Of a stretch of DNA of 48,312 bases, positions 13,477 through 25,509 are shown in pieces. Origin of the DNA: Octopus bimaculoides (Eukaryota); assembly GCF_001194135.2 (NCBI RefSeq), contig NC_068987.1, positions 66,441,346-66,489,657 of the forward strand, in the 5' to 3' direction. Both the position numbers and the translations under genes were made by a program. Within the stretch, counting starts at the first letter, position 1, and every line of letters starts with the position of its first letter. The notes under the pieces were generated by a model. That model saw nothing but the letters and a program-made list of their open reading frames with translations, was not told the origin of the DNA and did no database searches.

Positions 13477-14250
13477 NNNNNNNNNNGTGTCTGTAATATA
13501 TATCTATGTGTGTGTGTGTGTTGTGTCTCTGATTTCCCCCCTCCCCCATTTTTTCATAGTTTCATCAGAGGTAAGGCAAATTTTGAGGGGTGTGGAAGGT
13601 AAGAAATCATTTTTAGACTCGAGATGTGAGCGAAAAGTTTACAACAGAGTAGACTGCTTTAAATAATCCATAGGTTAGGTAGTGCTATTGAATTGAAAGT
13701 GGGGGTGGGTCTTATGAAGTGTTTTACTGAAGACTAACTGTGGAAACATCGTTGAGTCTTCAAATTCACCTTTCTATCGATTATTACTTACAAAGCTTTC
13801 GTTGATCCAACACTTTTGGAAAAGATTCATACTCAGATTGTTCCGCATTGGAATCGAATCTCAAAACACGTAGTTGTGAAGCTAGCCCCTTAACAACGCA
13901 ATAAAACTTGTGCCCTAAGAATCTGAAAGAAGGAATCTTTACATCCAGTTATACAGACTGGAGCAAATCCTACTTTCAGCCTTAAAACTTAAACGGCATT
14001 TAAAAATTGTAATCTTTTATATTCGTTAATCTTAAAGATGTCTAATGAAGGTCTGGTAGCGTTCTATGCTTGGGGAAAACACGACTGAACAAAGGATAAC
14101 GATTGTTTTATTTTAATCTAAAGCAACCATTCTAATCAGACCATGGGACTATTCTATATAATACATATATATTGGACAAAACATAATAGAATTAAATTGT
14201 AAATATTTGAGATGCGGAAATTTAAAATAGGAAATAGTAATAGTCGTATT

Positions 14251-14380
14251 GGCCGGGTTGGCAGAGTGTCGGATAGCTGTTTCGCCGAATGCTTTACTAC
14301 ACTCTGAGTTCAAAATACGCTCAACGTTAGGTTTGTTTTCTTCCTTCGGAGTTGTGAAAATAATATACACCTCTCCATCG
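14251..14380 (+). mobile_element. degenerate SINE family B fragment
   Basis: GGCCGGGTTGGCAGA...CTGAGTTCAAA...CTTCCTTCGGAGTTG resembles the head and core of the copies at 39145-39558. Confidence 0.45.
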
Positions 14381-14640
14381 TTATTTCTGTTTGTTGATTT
14401 CTCTCTTCTTTCTGGAAACTAGACGTGATCAAACCTGGAGAGGGAAGGGTTCCGCCTTGTTTTAAAACTGCTCTCGACATTTTCCCTATAACTTCACTAA
14501 GACTTGTGCCAGTAGATAAGAGCATAGTAACCTACTGTTGAGAAACAATGTGTTCTACAACAGGATCCAGTCTGGCATTTGGTAGATATCCGAGGAATTA
14601 AACAATTGATAAACATTTCGGACACAAAGTTCAAGCACAA

Positions 14641-14800
14641 GAGAGGCGTGTGGTGAGAGGCTTCCTTCCCGAATACCTGGTTTCGGAATTAAACTCACCT
14701 TGTGGCACCCTGGGAAACTCTCCTATACTATGGCCTCATACCGATCAAAGCCTTGTGATTGGATTTCATAGACGGAAACTAAAAAAAGCTCGTCGTATAC

Positions 14801-14833
<33 letters not shown>

Positions 14834-15067
14834 GAGAGAGAGAGATGTTGCTGTATGGATATGTGCATTTTTGTCTTTGTCCCTCCACACCACCGCCTGG
14901 CAACCGGTGTTCGTTTCTTTACGTCCCCGTAAATTAGCTGTTCGGCACTGGAACCGATAGAACAAGTACCAGACTTTAGAAAATAAGTGCTGCAGTTGAT
15001 TTGTTGTACTAATTACTTCAATGGAGTGTCCCAGCATGGCCTCAATCCGATGACTGAAACAATTAAA
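14641..15067 (+). mobile_element. SINE family A, old full composite copy (head + microsatellite + 3' half)
   Basis: Diverged head/core (CAAAGCCTTGTGATTGGATTT...GACGGAAACT), TA/GA tract, then a 3' half containing TTTACGTCCCCGTAAATTAGCTGTTCGGCA and CCAGCATGGCC...TGACTGAAAC. Confidence 0.75.
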
Positions 15068-15601
15068 TCCTTAAAATTGTAAACTTTATGTGGGAAAATG
15101 ATAATTAAAATATCACGACATGGTTCGTGTCTGGTATTTTGTCTGAGAACAATTTACTTTCTTACTCCCACCTGTAACGGAGCGTCTTAAGCTTTCTCAT
15201 TTCTATTTTGGCAAGGCAATTAGAAACATATAAAGAAAGGAAAACATTTGATAAAATCTCCTCATTTTTCTTTCTTTTTTTTATTTTGTATATTTCAACG
15301 ATAGTAACACCAGAGGATTAATCAACTGAATTAAAATAATAGCAAAATATTGCGTAAATCTTATCACGCAGATTGTGCATCTTGGACAATGAATGATTTG
15401 ACAGGAACCGTGGGCAAACTACTTCTTCAATGTTCAGAAAAGCTGGCACAAAATGTGAAAATAAGTGTCATTCCGGCGATAACTATTGAAAAACACAAAC
15501 AACATTGTTTGTATTGCTCTCGCCTACATGAAAACTGCAATGCCAACAGACCAACAAACACTGAACATAAAACCATCGACATTTTTCAAGTTAGGAAGTG
15601 C

Positions 15602-15699
<98 letters not shown>

Positions 15700-16110
15700 T
15701 AATACAAATAATATGTGAGTATATGCATATATACGTACATGTATGTACATACATACATCTACAGGTATATATAGATGCACATCTGGGTACAGGACGTCAC
15801 AAAAAAACGTGGACAATATGAAAAGCAGAACATAAACAGAGCACAGGAAACAAACAGGCCACATAGAGAATATTTCTTTCGTCAGCTAAACTAAGCGTTT
15901 CGAAGAGTTAAGGCAGGACGCATTGTTAGAATAGCTCTTCCCGCGGAAACAAATTAAATTAAATTAAATTAAATTTTTAATGCAGAGGAATTTAGTGGCA
16001 AACAGAAAACACGACAGGAAAACGAAACAGTGAAAATAAACAAGAAGGGCCAGACGTGAAAAAAACATGTATGGGTGTGTGTGTGTGCGTGCGCGAGCGT
16101 GTCTCTGTGT

Positions 16111-16308
16111 GTGTGTATGTTCCCCCATCACTTTACAACCGATGTTGGTATGTTTACGTCCCCGTAACTTAGCGGTTCGGCAAAGAGATCGATAGAATAA
16201 GTACTAGGCTTACAAATAATAAGTCCTGAGGTTGATTTGTTCGACAAAAATCTCCTAAGATGATGCTCCAGCATGGCCGCCGTCAAATGTCTAAAACAAG
16301 TAAAAAAG
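16111..16308 (+). mobile_element. SINE family A, 3' half only
   Basis: ACAACCGATGTTGGTATGTTTACGTCCCCGTAACTTAGCGGTTCGGCAAAGAGATCGATAGAATAAGTACTAGGCTTACAAA...CTCCAGCATGGCCGC matches 20468-20650. Confidence 0.85.
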
Positions 16309-16379
16309 TATATATATATACATATATACTTTTCATGTGTTAGATACTTTTCTTCTCGTTGTAACATTAGAGGATATTT

Positions 16380-17775
16380 GTTAATGTCATGAAAGAACCA
16401 ATCCTATAATTTCTTGTTAACTGTATGACGGTGATATTAGATATGATACATATCCACTTTATACAAAAGATAACAATGAGGATTTAGTTTGACAGTTTTC
16501 AATGTTTTTGACTTCGTGATACACTGGAGTTCAGATAAAAAATTAGTATTGCACGTCGCATGAACATTGTTTTTTCTTTTATAAAAAATATTGTTTTACA
16601 GTTGAAAAATATAGAAAAAATATCTTCAAACTAATGCTTACGCTATTTTACTTCTCATTCTTGTGCAAAGCATGTTTTTCGGTGTCGAGACTTTTGTGCA
16701 CACAAACAGACTTACATCTTCTCAATCCATATTCGTTTCTTTTTTTCGTCTAATCTTCGTTTGTATAGAACTCTTAATTCACGAAAATATGTTATTGAAA
16801 CTTGAATCAAAAAGATTTCGTATTACGTAAGGAAAATTTTTCATGGAAGACAAATTATTCTTAGGAACAGCTATGCGTATTTAATATTAAATCCACGATC
16901 GGTGAATATAGTAGCCTTAATGTTAGTTCAAATATTCACGAGACGGTTTCTAATCCACCAAATTTAATCATGGAAGAAAATACTCTCAATTATTCTTCTG
17001 TTGTCCAATATCCACCCATGAAAAAGAGTTATTTTCTTCAAATGATGTATACTTACTAATAAAAATCATTCCACCTTATCGTATATTGGTTTTTCTTTCA
17101 TTTGTACATCATTGTTTTTCTCAACTGTCGTCAATTTTTCCTTGGATTTAAAGAGTTTTCATATTCATTTTGCATACTTTGGTTCAAAGTGATCAAAATG
17201 CTTGACAAATATTGGAGGAGAGAAATAAAAAAAAACTTACATTGGATATATTAACAAATGTGTATTGATATGATTTTCCAAAATTTGAAGAAGCGATTAT
17301 CGGAACTCACACATACGGCAGAACAACTTTCGTCTTGATATCTATCGCATTTTGATGTGTAGAAAAGTCGCTGTTGCAAATCTCTGTGAATACAAATGAT
17401 TTACAGCCAATCTTTTGTGCTTTTAATAAAATTAATAATTTCATCAGCTTTTAATCTTGTCTAAATTCGATACCTAAAGATTTTGCAAACAACGCTTAAC
17501 TATAACGAAAGTAATGATCCGGAATTTTCTTTTCTACAATGTTTCAAGAGATTTTAAACAAGAAAGTACTTTATTGGTACAAACACCTCCTCATAAATTC
17601 CATGCTGATTTCCAGTTTCAAGGTAGTGTCTGTTATTTCTAGAATGCTCATAGCAGCGCTTTATTGGTTTGTCAGATGGTTTATGAACGTGCAATGGGTG
17701 TTTATTACAGTATGTGTTTTCTTCAATATCAATTGGAAATATCAAAATCCATCTACAAACAATATCATTTTTTAG
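16380..17775 (-). pseudogene. decayed hAT (Buster/Charlie/SPIN-like) transposase fragment
   Basis: Manual minus-strand translation across frameshifts gives IINFIKS (about 17419-17442), MR*ISRRKLFCRMCEFR (about 17300-17351; compare VRWLSRGKVL.RF.ELR) and YLSSILITLNQSMQ (about 17170-17211; compare YLADIF..LN.LN..LQ), in the expected order. Termini not identified. Confidence 0.55.
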
Positions 17776-17817
17776 AGAGATACACACGCATAAAGCAAGA
17801 CAGATATTGGGAGAGAT

Positions 17818-17863
<46 letters not shown>

Positions 17864-18680
17864 GGGAGATAGACAGAAAAACCGAGGAACAAGGAGAGAC
17901 ATGTGTGGAATATTACATATTTTTCTATCGCTGTTTTAATACATTTTTTTCCTGAAATACAAAATAGCTTCTCTATCAGAATTCAGCTTTTTGTCGAACC
18001 ATTTTAGATATATGATNNNNNNNNNNNNNNNNNNNNNNNNNNNNNNNNNNNNNNNNNNNNNNNNNNNNNNNNNNNNNNNNNNNNNNNNNNNNNNNNNNNN
18101 NNNNNNNNNNNNNNNNNNNNNNNNNNNNNNNNNNNNNNNNNNNNNNNNNNNNNNNNNNNNNNNNNNNNNNNNNNNNNNNNNNNNNNNNNNNNNNNNNNNN
18201 NNNNNNNNNNNNNNNNNNNNNNNNNNNNATATATATGTTTAGTCTTGAAGTATTTATCTAACTCGCCAGAAACCATTGACTCGTTTGATACTTTATATCG
18301 TCATGTCGGAAGCATAATTATGTTTGGTCTTCATTGCCAAGAAAAACGAAAGTTTATATATCTGTTGCTGCATTTGCGATTACGTTGCGCTTTTATCATT
18401 GTATGTATAGTGATTTGTCGCTTTTGAAGTATGCAAATTATCGAATCCACACTCACTAAATTTAACGCTTCTTATTTAGTAATTTGTGTATGAACGAAAC
18501 TATATATACAAACAGGTTAAATAGGTAATTATTTTAAACCAAATTTAAGAATAACAACGGAACAAGTTCTCATTAGAGGGACTCAATACTGAGAATAAAA
18601 TCATATTTATTATAAAATGGACACTGACTGCAACATTAAGCTTCGCCCAACACCTTACAAAACATGCACGTCTGCGCGTT

Positions 18681-18722
<42 letters not shown>

Positions 18723-19210
18723 NNNNNNNNNNNNNNNNNNNNNNNNNNNNNNNNNNNNNNNNNNNNNNNNNNNNNNNNNNNNNNNNNNNNNNNNNNNNNN
18801 NNNNNNNNNNNNNNNNNNNNNNNNNNNNNNNNNNNNNNNNNNNNNNNNNNNNNNNNNNNNNNNNNNNNNNNNNNNNNNNNNNNNNNNNNNNNNNNNNNNN
18901 NNNNNNNNNNNNNNNNNNNNNNNNNNNNNNNNNNNNNNNNNNNNNNNNNNNNNNNNNNNNNNNNNNNNNNNNNNNNNNNNNNNNNNNNNNNNNNNNNNNN
19001 NNNNNNNNNNNNNNNNNNNNNNNNNNNNNNNNNNNNNNNNNNNNNNNNNNNNNNNNNNNNNNNNNNNNNNNNNNNNNNNNNNNNNNNNNNNNNNNNNNNN
19101 NNNNNNNNNNNNNNNNNNNNNNNNNNNNTAGATTTATAGATATGCAGAAGTATACGCATGCACATACAGGCACAAATACAGAAACACAAACGCACATTTT
19201 TACGTGTATA

Positions 19211-19413
19211 TACGACGGGGCACTGAAAAGTTCATGTCTTTGGGTAAAAGAAAATACAGGAGGATCAGTTAATTATAATTTTATTCAACATATTCCCGTC
19301 TCACATTAACAAACTTATCGCAGCGGTCCTTTAGTTTTTCTAAGCCCTGTAAAAGAACTCGGAAGGAAGGTTGACCAGGCTTTTCGCCAGGAACTTTTCA
19401 GCACCCCCACGTA
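19211..19413 (+). mobile_element. complete Tc1/mariner-derived MITE (203 bp including TA ends)
   Basis: Left TACGACGGGGCACTGAAAAGTTCATG. Reverse complement of the right end is TACGTGGGGGTGCTGAAAAGTTCCTG. TA dinucleotide at both ends, no ORF. Confidence 0.85.
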
Positions 19414-19817
19414 AAGTGGTGAGGGTGGGAAATCCGTACTCTTCGATACTGAAGGCTCAACTATTCAAATATTTGATCACTGAATTAGTTGATTCTGAAC
19501 TGACGTGTAACCTGTAATACTCTGATAGAATCAATGTGATATAATCTTACAAAATTTGTATTCTTTCAAGTAAAGAGATAATCCAGTTGGTAATTATATA
19601 TACAACGTTCATAAAAGCAGGAAGCCTGGAATTCAGCAAATCTTTTGGTCCTGTACTGTCAATTTGTATTTCATGACCATACCCTACAACAATATTAATT
19701 AAGAGTATCACAACCAGAACAACGGAATGTTCCTCATGAATAGCCCTATTTTGTGCGTTTTGGTATCAAAACATTAGTGATATAAAAAATTTAGGTTTGA
19801 AGAACGTTGTTTTTTTT

Positions 19818-20650
19818 GGCGGTGTGGTAAGTAGCTTACTTACCAACCACATGGTTCCAGGTTGAGTCCCACTGCGTGACCCCTTGGGCAAGTGTCTTCT
19901 ACTGTAGTCTCGGGCCGACCAAAGCCGTGTTAGTGGATTTGGTAGACGGAAACTGAAAGAGGTCCGTCGTATATACGTATGTATATATGTATATATANNN
20001 NNNNNNNNNNNNNNNNNNNNNNNNNNNNNNNNNNNNNNNNNNNNNNNNNNNNNNNNNNNNNNNNNNNNNNNNNNNNNNNNNNNNNNNNNNNNNNNNNNNN
20101 NNNNNNNNNNNNNNNNNNNNNNNNNNNNNNNNNNNNNNNNNNNNNNNNNNNNNNNNNNNNNNNNNNNNNNNNNNNNNNNNNNNNNNNNNNNNNNNNNNNN
20201 NNNNNNNNNNNNNNNNNNNNNNNNNNNNNNNNNNNNNNNNNNNNNNNNNNNNNNNNNNNNNNNNNNNNNNNNNNNNNNNNNNNNNNNNNNNNNNNNNNNN
20301 NNNNNNNNNNNNNNNNNNNNNNNNNNNNNNNNNNNNNNNNNNNNNNNNNNNNNNNNNNNNNNNNNNNNNNNNNNNNNNNNNNNNNNNNNNNNNNNNNNNN
20401 NNNNNNNNNNNNNNNNNNNNNNNNNNNNNNNNNNNNNNNNNNNNNNNNNNNNNNNNNNNNNNNNNNNGCTTGACAACCGATGCTGGCGTGTTTATGTCCC
20501 CGTTACTTAGCGGTTCGGCAAAAAGAGGCCTATAGAATAAGTACTAGGCTCACAAAGAATAAGTCCTGGGCTCGATTTTCTCGACTAAAGGCGGTGCTCC
20601 AGCATAGCCGCAGTCAAATGAGTGAAAGAAGTAAAAGAGTAAAAGAGTAA
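19818..20650 (+). mobile_element. SINE family A, young full composite copy with a gap in its internal microsatellite
   Basis: Head with B-box-like GGTTGAGTCCC, core, (TA)n, gap 19998-20467, 3' half ending in (GTAAAAGA) repeats. Confidence 0.9.
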
Positions 20651-21116
20651 TCAAGGTGCATGCACATGCACGAAACGAACACTTTGCAAGGCTAGTTACA
20701 ACATGTTTTCTTCAAAAATAATATCTACCAAAGTTTAAACTATTTTCGAGACATGCGGTGTCTAATGCTGTCCCCTGAGTCTTTATGGCCCTGTTATATG
20801 GCTCGACAAATGCCTAAAATTTAGTTTAGCTGTGATCAACATATTTATCCGGAAGTATAGCACGTTCTGACATGAGATTCCATTCATGGAAGACGCTGCT
20901 AATACGATGAAATATGTGTGTGTGTGTGTGTGTGTATTTTTTACTTCGGGCTTCTCTCTTCACCACTCATATTCAATTATATCTCCAGCGAGTTAACTTG
21001 GGATTCCTTAACGAAAATGTACTTCATAGTACTAAGGTACCTTCGGCCTAATGAGTAACTAGTGGAGTACCCCTCGTCGAGTTATTATCATTTATGAGGA
21101 TTGCTAGCTAAGAAAC

Positions 21117-21317
21117 TGTTGTAAGGAATTAGTAATAATGGCACACCCCTCCCACGTGACGAAAGGAATAACCTAGTCACTATAAGTAAAAAAAAAAAAA
21201 AAGTACATGAAATTCCCGAGTACGTAGTAGGCAATCAGAGATAATCGTGTCGCTACTGGTTTTACTAAGTATACTGTATACCGAAGTGGGCGTTATAACA
21301 TTTTAAGGATTATAACT
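21117..21317 (+). repeat. 5' LTR
   Basis: TGTTGTAAGGAATTAG...GGATTATAAC. Aligns with 23889-24090 at roughly 85% by eye. Confidence 0.9.
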
Positions 21318-21535
21318 GTGGCAACAAGGATTTAAACAACTCAGGAAGAATTAATAAACTCGATGAGGAGTTAAACACCTCACGAGGAATTAATAAACAC
21401 GGCGAGGAATTCATAAACTCGAGAAGAGTTTTGACAACTCACTAGATATTAAAAACTCATGGGGAATTAACGAGGAGTTAACAAACTCACAAATACTTTT
21501 GTTGTGCGAATTTTACAAAAACAAGTCGTAAAATT

Positions 21536-22280
21536 ATGGAAAATTTGTTAGGTGGTTTGCTCGAGTTGCAAAAACAGCAACAACAACAACTGAATGTACA
21601 ACAACAGCAGCAGATACAACTGCAAGAGAAACAACAGGGTCTACACCAACAACAAATACCAGAAAAGTCAGAAAAAGTGTTCTCGTCAGACTATGTCGCG
21701 AACTCCATACCAGAGTTCAAATACGAACCTGACGAAGGAGTTACTTTCGAAGCATACTACAGATGATATGAGTAAATCTTCGATAAAGAATGTAGAGATT
21801 AGTACGACGAGATGAGAATGTGCTTAATCTTAAGAAAACTAGCGGCAGCAGGACATGAGCATTACAGAAATTATGTACTCCCGTGAAAACATTTGGACAT
21901 AAACTTTAATGACACAATAGATATATTGTGTAAAAGTTTCAGTGAAAAAAGCTCATTGGTCAACATACGTTGAAACTGTCTGAACATAGAGGAAAACAAT
22001 GACAAGAACTACATCACATGCGCTGGTAGTTTAAACAGGGAATTATGAAGTTTAAGCTGGGTGAATTAACTCCAGATATGTTCAAATGCCTGATTTTTAC
22101 ACAGGGATTTACTGCCGAAAGGACGCAGAAGTTAGAAGTAGAATTCTCGCTAAGCTGGGACAAAACCAGCATGTAACCCTAGAGCAAGTGTCAGAAAAAT
22201 GTGAAAGGCTAGTCAAATTAAGACATGACACAGAGGAAACTGAACGTAAATACTGTGTCCAAGTAACACAGATGTGAAAC
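21536..22280 (+). pseudogene. gag remnant of the Gypsy element
   Basis: Gln-rich N-terminus, then SIPEFKYEPDEGVTFEAYYR, CLILRKL, YRNYVLP and DAEVRSRILAKL, typical of K02A2.6-like gag. Multiple stops and frameshifts. Confidence 0.8.
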
Positions 22281-22539
22281 AGAATAGAGATAAAGTGTTT
22301 CCTAAAAAAAAAACACATAAAAATCAGGAAATAAACCCATGTTTTGTATATGGAGGTATACACTTGAGGAAAAATTTTCCATTTACAAAAGCGAAGTGAT
22401 TTCGTTTTGGTAATATCGGACATATAAAGACATACTGTAGAGCGAAGATGACAAAACGTCAGAGGAGATGACAAACGTCACAGGAAAAAGATTAAATAAT
22501 ATGTCATCGGAAAAACTTAGTGATATAAAGATGAGGAAA

Positions 22540-22660
22540 TTTGTGAAGGTGAAAATTAGAAATACAAATGTTAAAATGCAGTTCGACACTGGTTATATCA
22601 CCATTATAAACGAAAAAACATGGAAATACGTCGGTAAACCGAAATTGATGAAATCGAAAA
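22540..22660 (+). pseudogene. retropepsin protease remnant
   Basis: VKIRNTNVKMQFDTG...IINEKTWKYVGKPKL carries the catalytic DTG. Confidence 0.75.
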
Positions 22661-22969
22661 GGTTGGAAAAAGATATTTTTTCGGTGAATTCGTATGTAAT
22701 GTAACATTTTGAGGTTGAACGAAAAAGCAAAGATATGTGTATTAAAATGTTCACGTAATCTATTTGGCACAGAGTGGACAGACTATTCAGATTGTGGTAT
22801 ATGCCCATCAGCGTTCTGTGTGGAAATATAATTGGGTCAGTCAAAAAAGTTTAAACGCAGCTGAAGGACCGAAACAAAAACATGCAGTAACTCAGAGTGG
22901 AACACCTGTATGTAAACCAAAACGAAATGAAAAGTTGCCCACGATAAAAGTAAACATTGTTCAAAAGTA

Positions 22970-23470
22970 GATGTTCCGTGGCCGAGACTATACATTAATT
23001 TCGCTAGTCCTTTAAATGTTTATTACTACTTAACGGCAGTTGATAGTTTCTCGAAATAGCTTGATATTTGTTAGTGTAAAAATCCAACCTCCTCAACAGC
23101 GAGAAATTTTTTACACGAATGTTGCAAGATTTGGTATCACAGACAAGATAGTGTCTGACAATGGAACACAATTTATTCCATGGGAATTTTAAAAGTTTTG
23201 TGAAACGTTCGCGGTAGAACATATAACTACTGCGCCATATCCAGCCAGATCTAATGAACAAGCAGAACGATTTGTCGATACCTTCAAAAGAGCCCTTAGA
23301 AAATCGTATAAGGAAGTCACAGATGAGGTAGCTCTACAACAATTTTTAAGAGTGTACTGTGTGACATCAAATCTGAATACACCAGCAGGTATGTCACCCG
23401 CAAAGCCAATGTTTGCGAGGAAAATATAATCAATCTTTGATTAATTGCTACCGGGAAAGAAGAGAAAAGT
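22970..23470 (+). pseudogene. integrase (rve) core remnant
   Basis: PWPRLYINFASP...VDSFSK*, ARFGITDKIVSDNGTQF and TAPYPARSNEQAERFVDTFKRAL (DDE region), with in-frame stops. Confidence 0.88.
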
Positions 23471-23888
23471 GCCAAGGAAAACGTAGCAGGATTTTTTAAA
23501 ATTGGTGAAAATGTATTTATGAGGGCATATAAGAATGGGAAACAGAGTTGCGAAGATGGCGTAATTACCAAATGCATATGTAAAATGTAGAAAAGGCATA
23601 CAAGAAAGACACAGTTACCAACTGAAACAGGTATTCGTGGAAAGCGAACAGAAGAAGTTGGAGGAGCTGATGGAGTGGTTTGGCAATACGTTCTAAGTAC
23701 GAAAGCCACTGCAGGTGATCGAACCTAGGCGTACACGTGAGAGGAAAAGAAAACAGAGTTCTTGAAAATAGATGCGAAGCGCAAAAAATATCAAGTTGTA
23801 CGAAAAAAAGTAAAGAAAAGGAAGTGGGGAGAATTTAAAAAAATATTGCTAACTAAAATGACACAGCCTAAGAAAAAGTTAAAAGGAG

Positions 23889-24090
23889 AGATGTAGGGAA
23901 TTAGCAATAACGGTATATCCCTCCCACGCGAAGAATGGAACAAACTAGTCACTATAAGTGACGAGAAGTACGTGAATTACTGGAGTACGTAGTAGGTGGT
24001 CAGAGATACTCGTGTCTTTACTGGTTTTACTAAGAATACTGTATACCGAAGTGGGCGTTATAACAATCTAGCATTTTAAGGATTATAACA
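23889..24090 (+). repeat. 3' LTR
   Basis: AGATGTAGGGAATTAG...GGATTATAACA, followed immediately by the TSD GAAAC. Confidence 0.9.
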
Positions 24091-24154
24091 GAAACATATG
24101 TAGCCTGATGTAGTCTGGATTTTACCAGCTCCATTCCCTCAGTTTGGAGGTATT

Positions 24155-24398
24155 CACTCTTTTACTTGTTTCACTCATTTGACTGCGGCCATGCTGGAGC
24201 ACCGCCTTTAGTCGAGAAAATCGACCCCAGGGCTTATTCTTTGTAAGCCTAGTACTTATTCTATCGGTCTCTTTTGCCGAACCGCTAAGTTACGCGGACG
24301 TAAACACACCAGCATCGGTTGTCAAGCGATGTTGTGGGAACACACACAGACACACAAACACACACACATACACACACACACACACACACATATATATA
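24155..24398 (-). mobile_element. SINE family A, 3' half plus microsatellite
   Basis: Reverse complement matches 20468-20640 at about 90% by eye. No head is seen beyond the gap. Confidence 0.9.
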
Positions 24399-24669
24399 NN
24401 NNNNNNNNNNNNNNNNNNNNNNNNNNNNNNNNNNNNNNNNNNNNNNNNNNNNNNNNNNNNNNNNNNNNNNNNNNNNNNNNNNNNNNNNNNNNNNNNNNNN
24501 NNNNNNNNNNNNNNNNNNNNNNNNNNNNNNNNNNNNNNNNNNNNNNNNNNNNNNNNNNNNNNNNNNNNNNNNNNNNNNNNNNNNNNNNNNNNNNNNNNNN
24601 NNNNNNNNNNNNNNNNNNNNNNNNNNNNNNNNNNNNNNNNNNNNNNNNNNNNNNNNNNNNNNNNNNNNN

Positions 24670-24725
<56 letters not shown>

Positions 24726-25426
24726 TGTGTGTATGTAATCAAATGTCTTGTAGCCTCTGAGGATATGTCAGCGGCTTTAGAGATCCCCGTGATAGACACC
24801 CGTTGGGACAAAAACCTATAAGGGACTACTTTTCGAAAAGGAAACACATCTTCGCTTCGCTTGTGGATCGGGGCGGCTTCTATTCTAGGCATTTAAAAAA
24901 CATTGTAGCAACATATCGGCTGTTGTGACGAACGATCGTCTCGCTGTTACGAGCACGTCTCACCTGAACCAGCGGAGATTGCAAGAACTGGTATCGCCCG
25001 TAAAATGATGACAGGCTTCTCGAATTCCATTAGGGAATGGTTGCAAAAGCGACAAAGAACGCAAATCTACTTCATGATCATGGTAATGAATTGGTCTAGG
25101 AATCGTTCTCAAAGCGATGCTTTGTCTCTATGCGCGCTTCTGAAATATTGATGGCCTCAACCTTTCCATTTGTATATATATATATATACATACATTTGTA
25201 TGTATGTGAAAAAGAAAACACAAATGAATTAAACAACAATTTCCAGTTAACAACAAAAAATACAAGTTGCAGAACTGTGTTGATTTTTACAATAACGTGT
25301 ACATTGATGAACAAGCTTGTTTGACGTCATACATACAACAAGCGTATTGATGTACTTGTGCTGGCAGCTACCGAGAATAATGCAGTGTGACTTCACATAC
25401 ATAAACATACATGCATATATATATAT

Positions 25427-25470
25427 ATCGGTTGTCAAGCGATGTTGTGGGAACAAACACAGACACACAA

Positions 25471-25509
<39 letters not shown>

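Larger units (their letters stand above)
21117..24090 (+). mobile_element. Ty3/Gypsy LTR retrotransposon (K02A2.6/Mag-like), internally deleted and non-autonomous
   Basis: Two LTRs of about 200 bp, 5-bp TSD GAAAC (21112-21116 and 24091-24095), PBS TGGCAACAAGGAT (21319-21331), purine tract before the 3' LTR, and decayed gag, protease and integrase. No RT/RNaseH motifs, and the internal region is too short to hold them. Confidence 0.92.

Noticed and set aside
15876-15905. Possible permuted hammerhead (GAAACGC...CUGACGA on the minus strand) in a PLE-like repeat
   Set aside because: No U at position 16.1 and no convincing stems I or II. At best a dead relic.
21536-21766. Gln-rich ORF as a host gene
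   Set aside because: It is the N-terminus of the decayed gag inside the LTR element.
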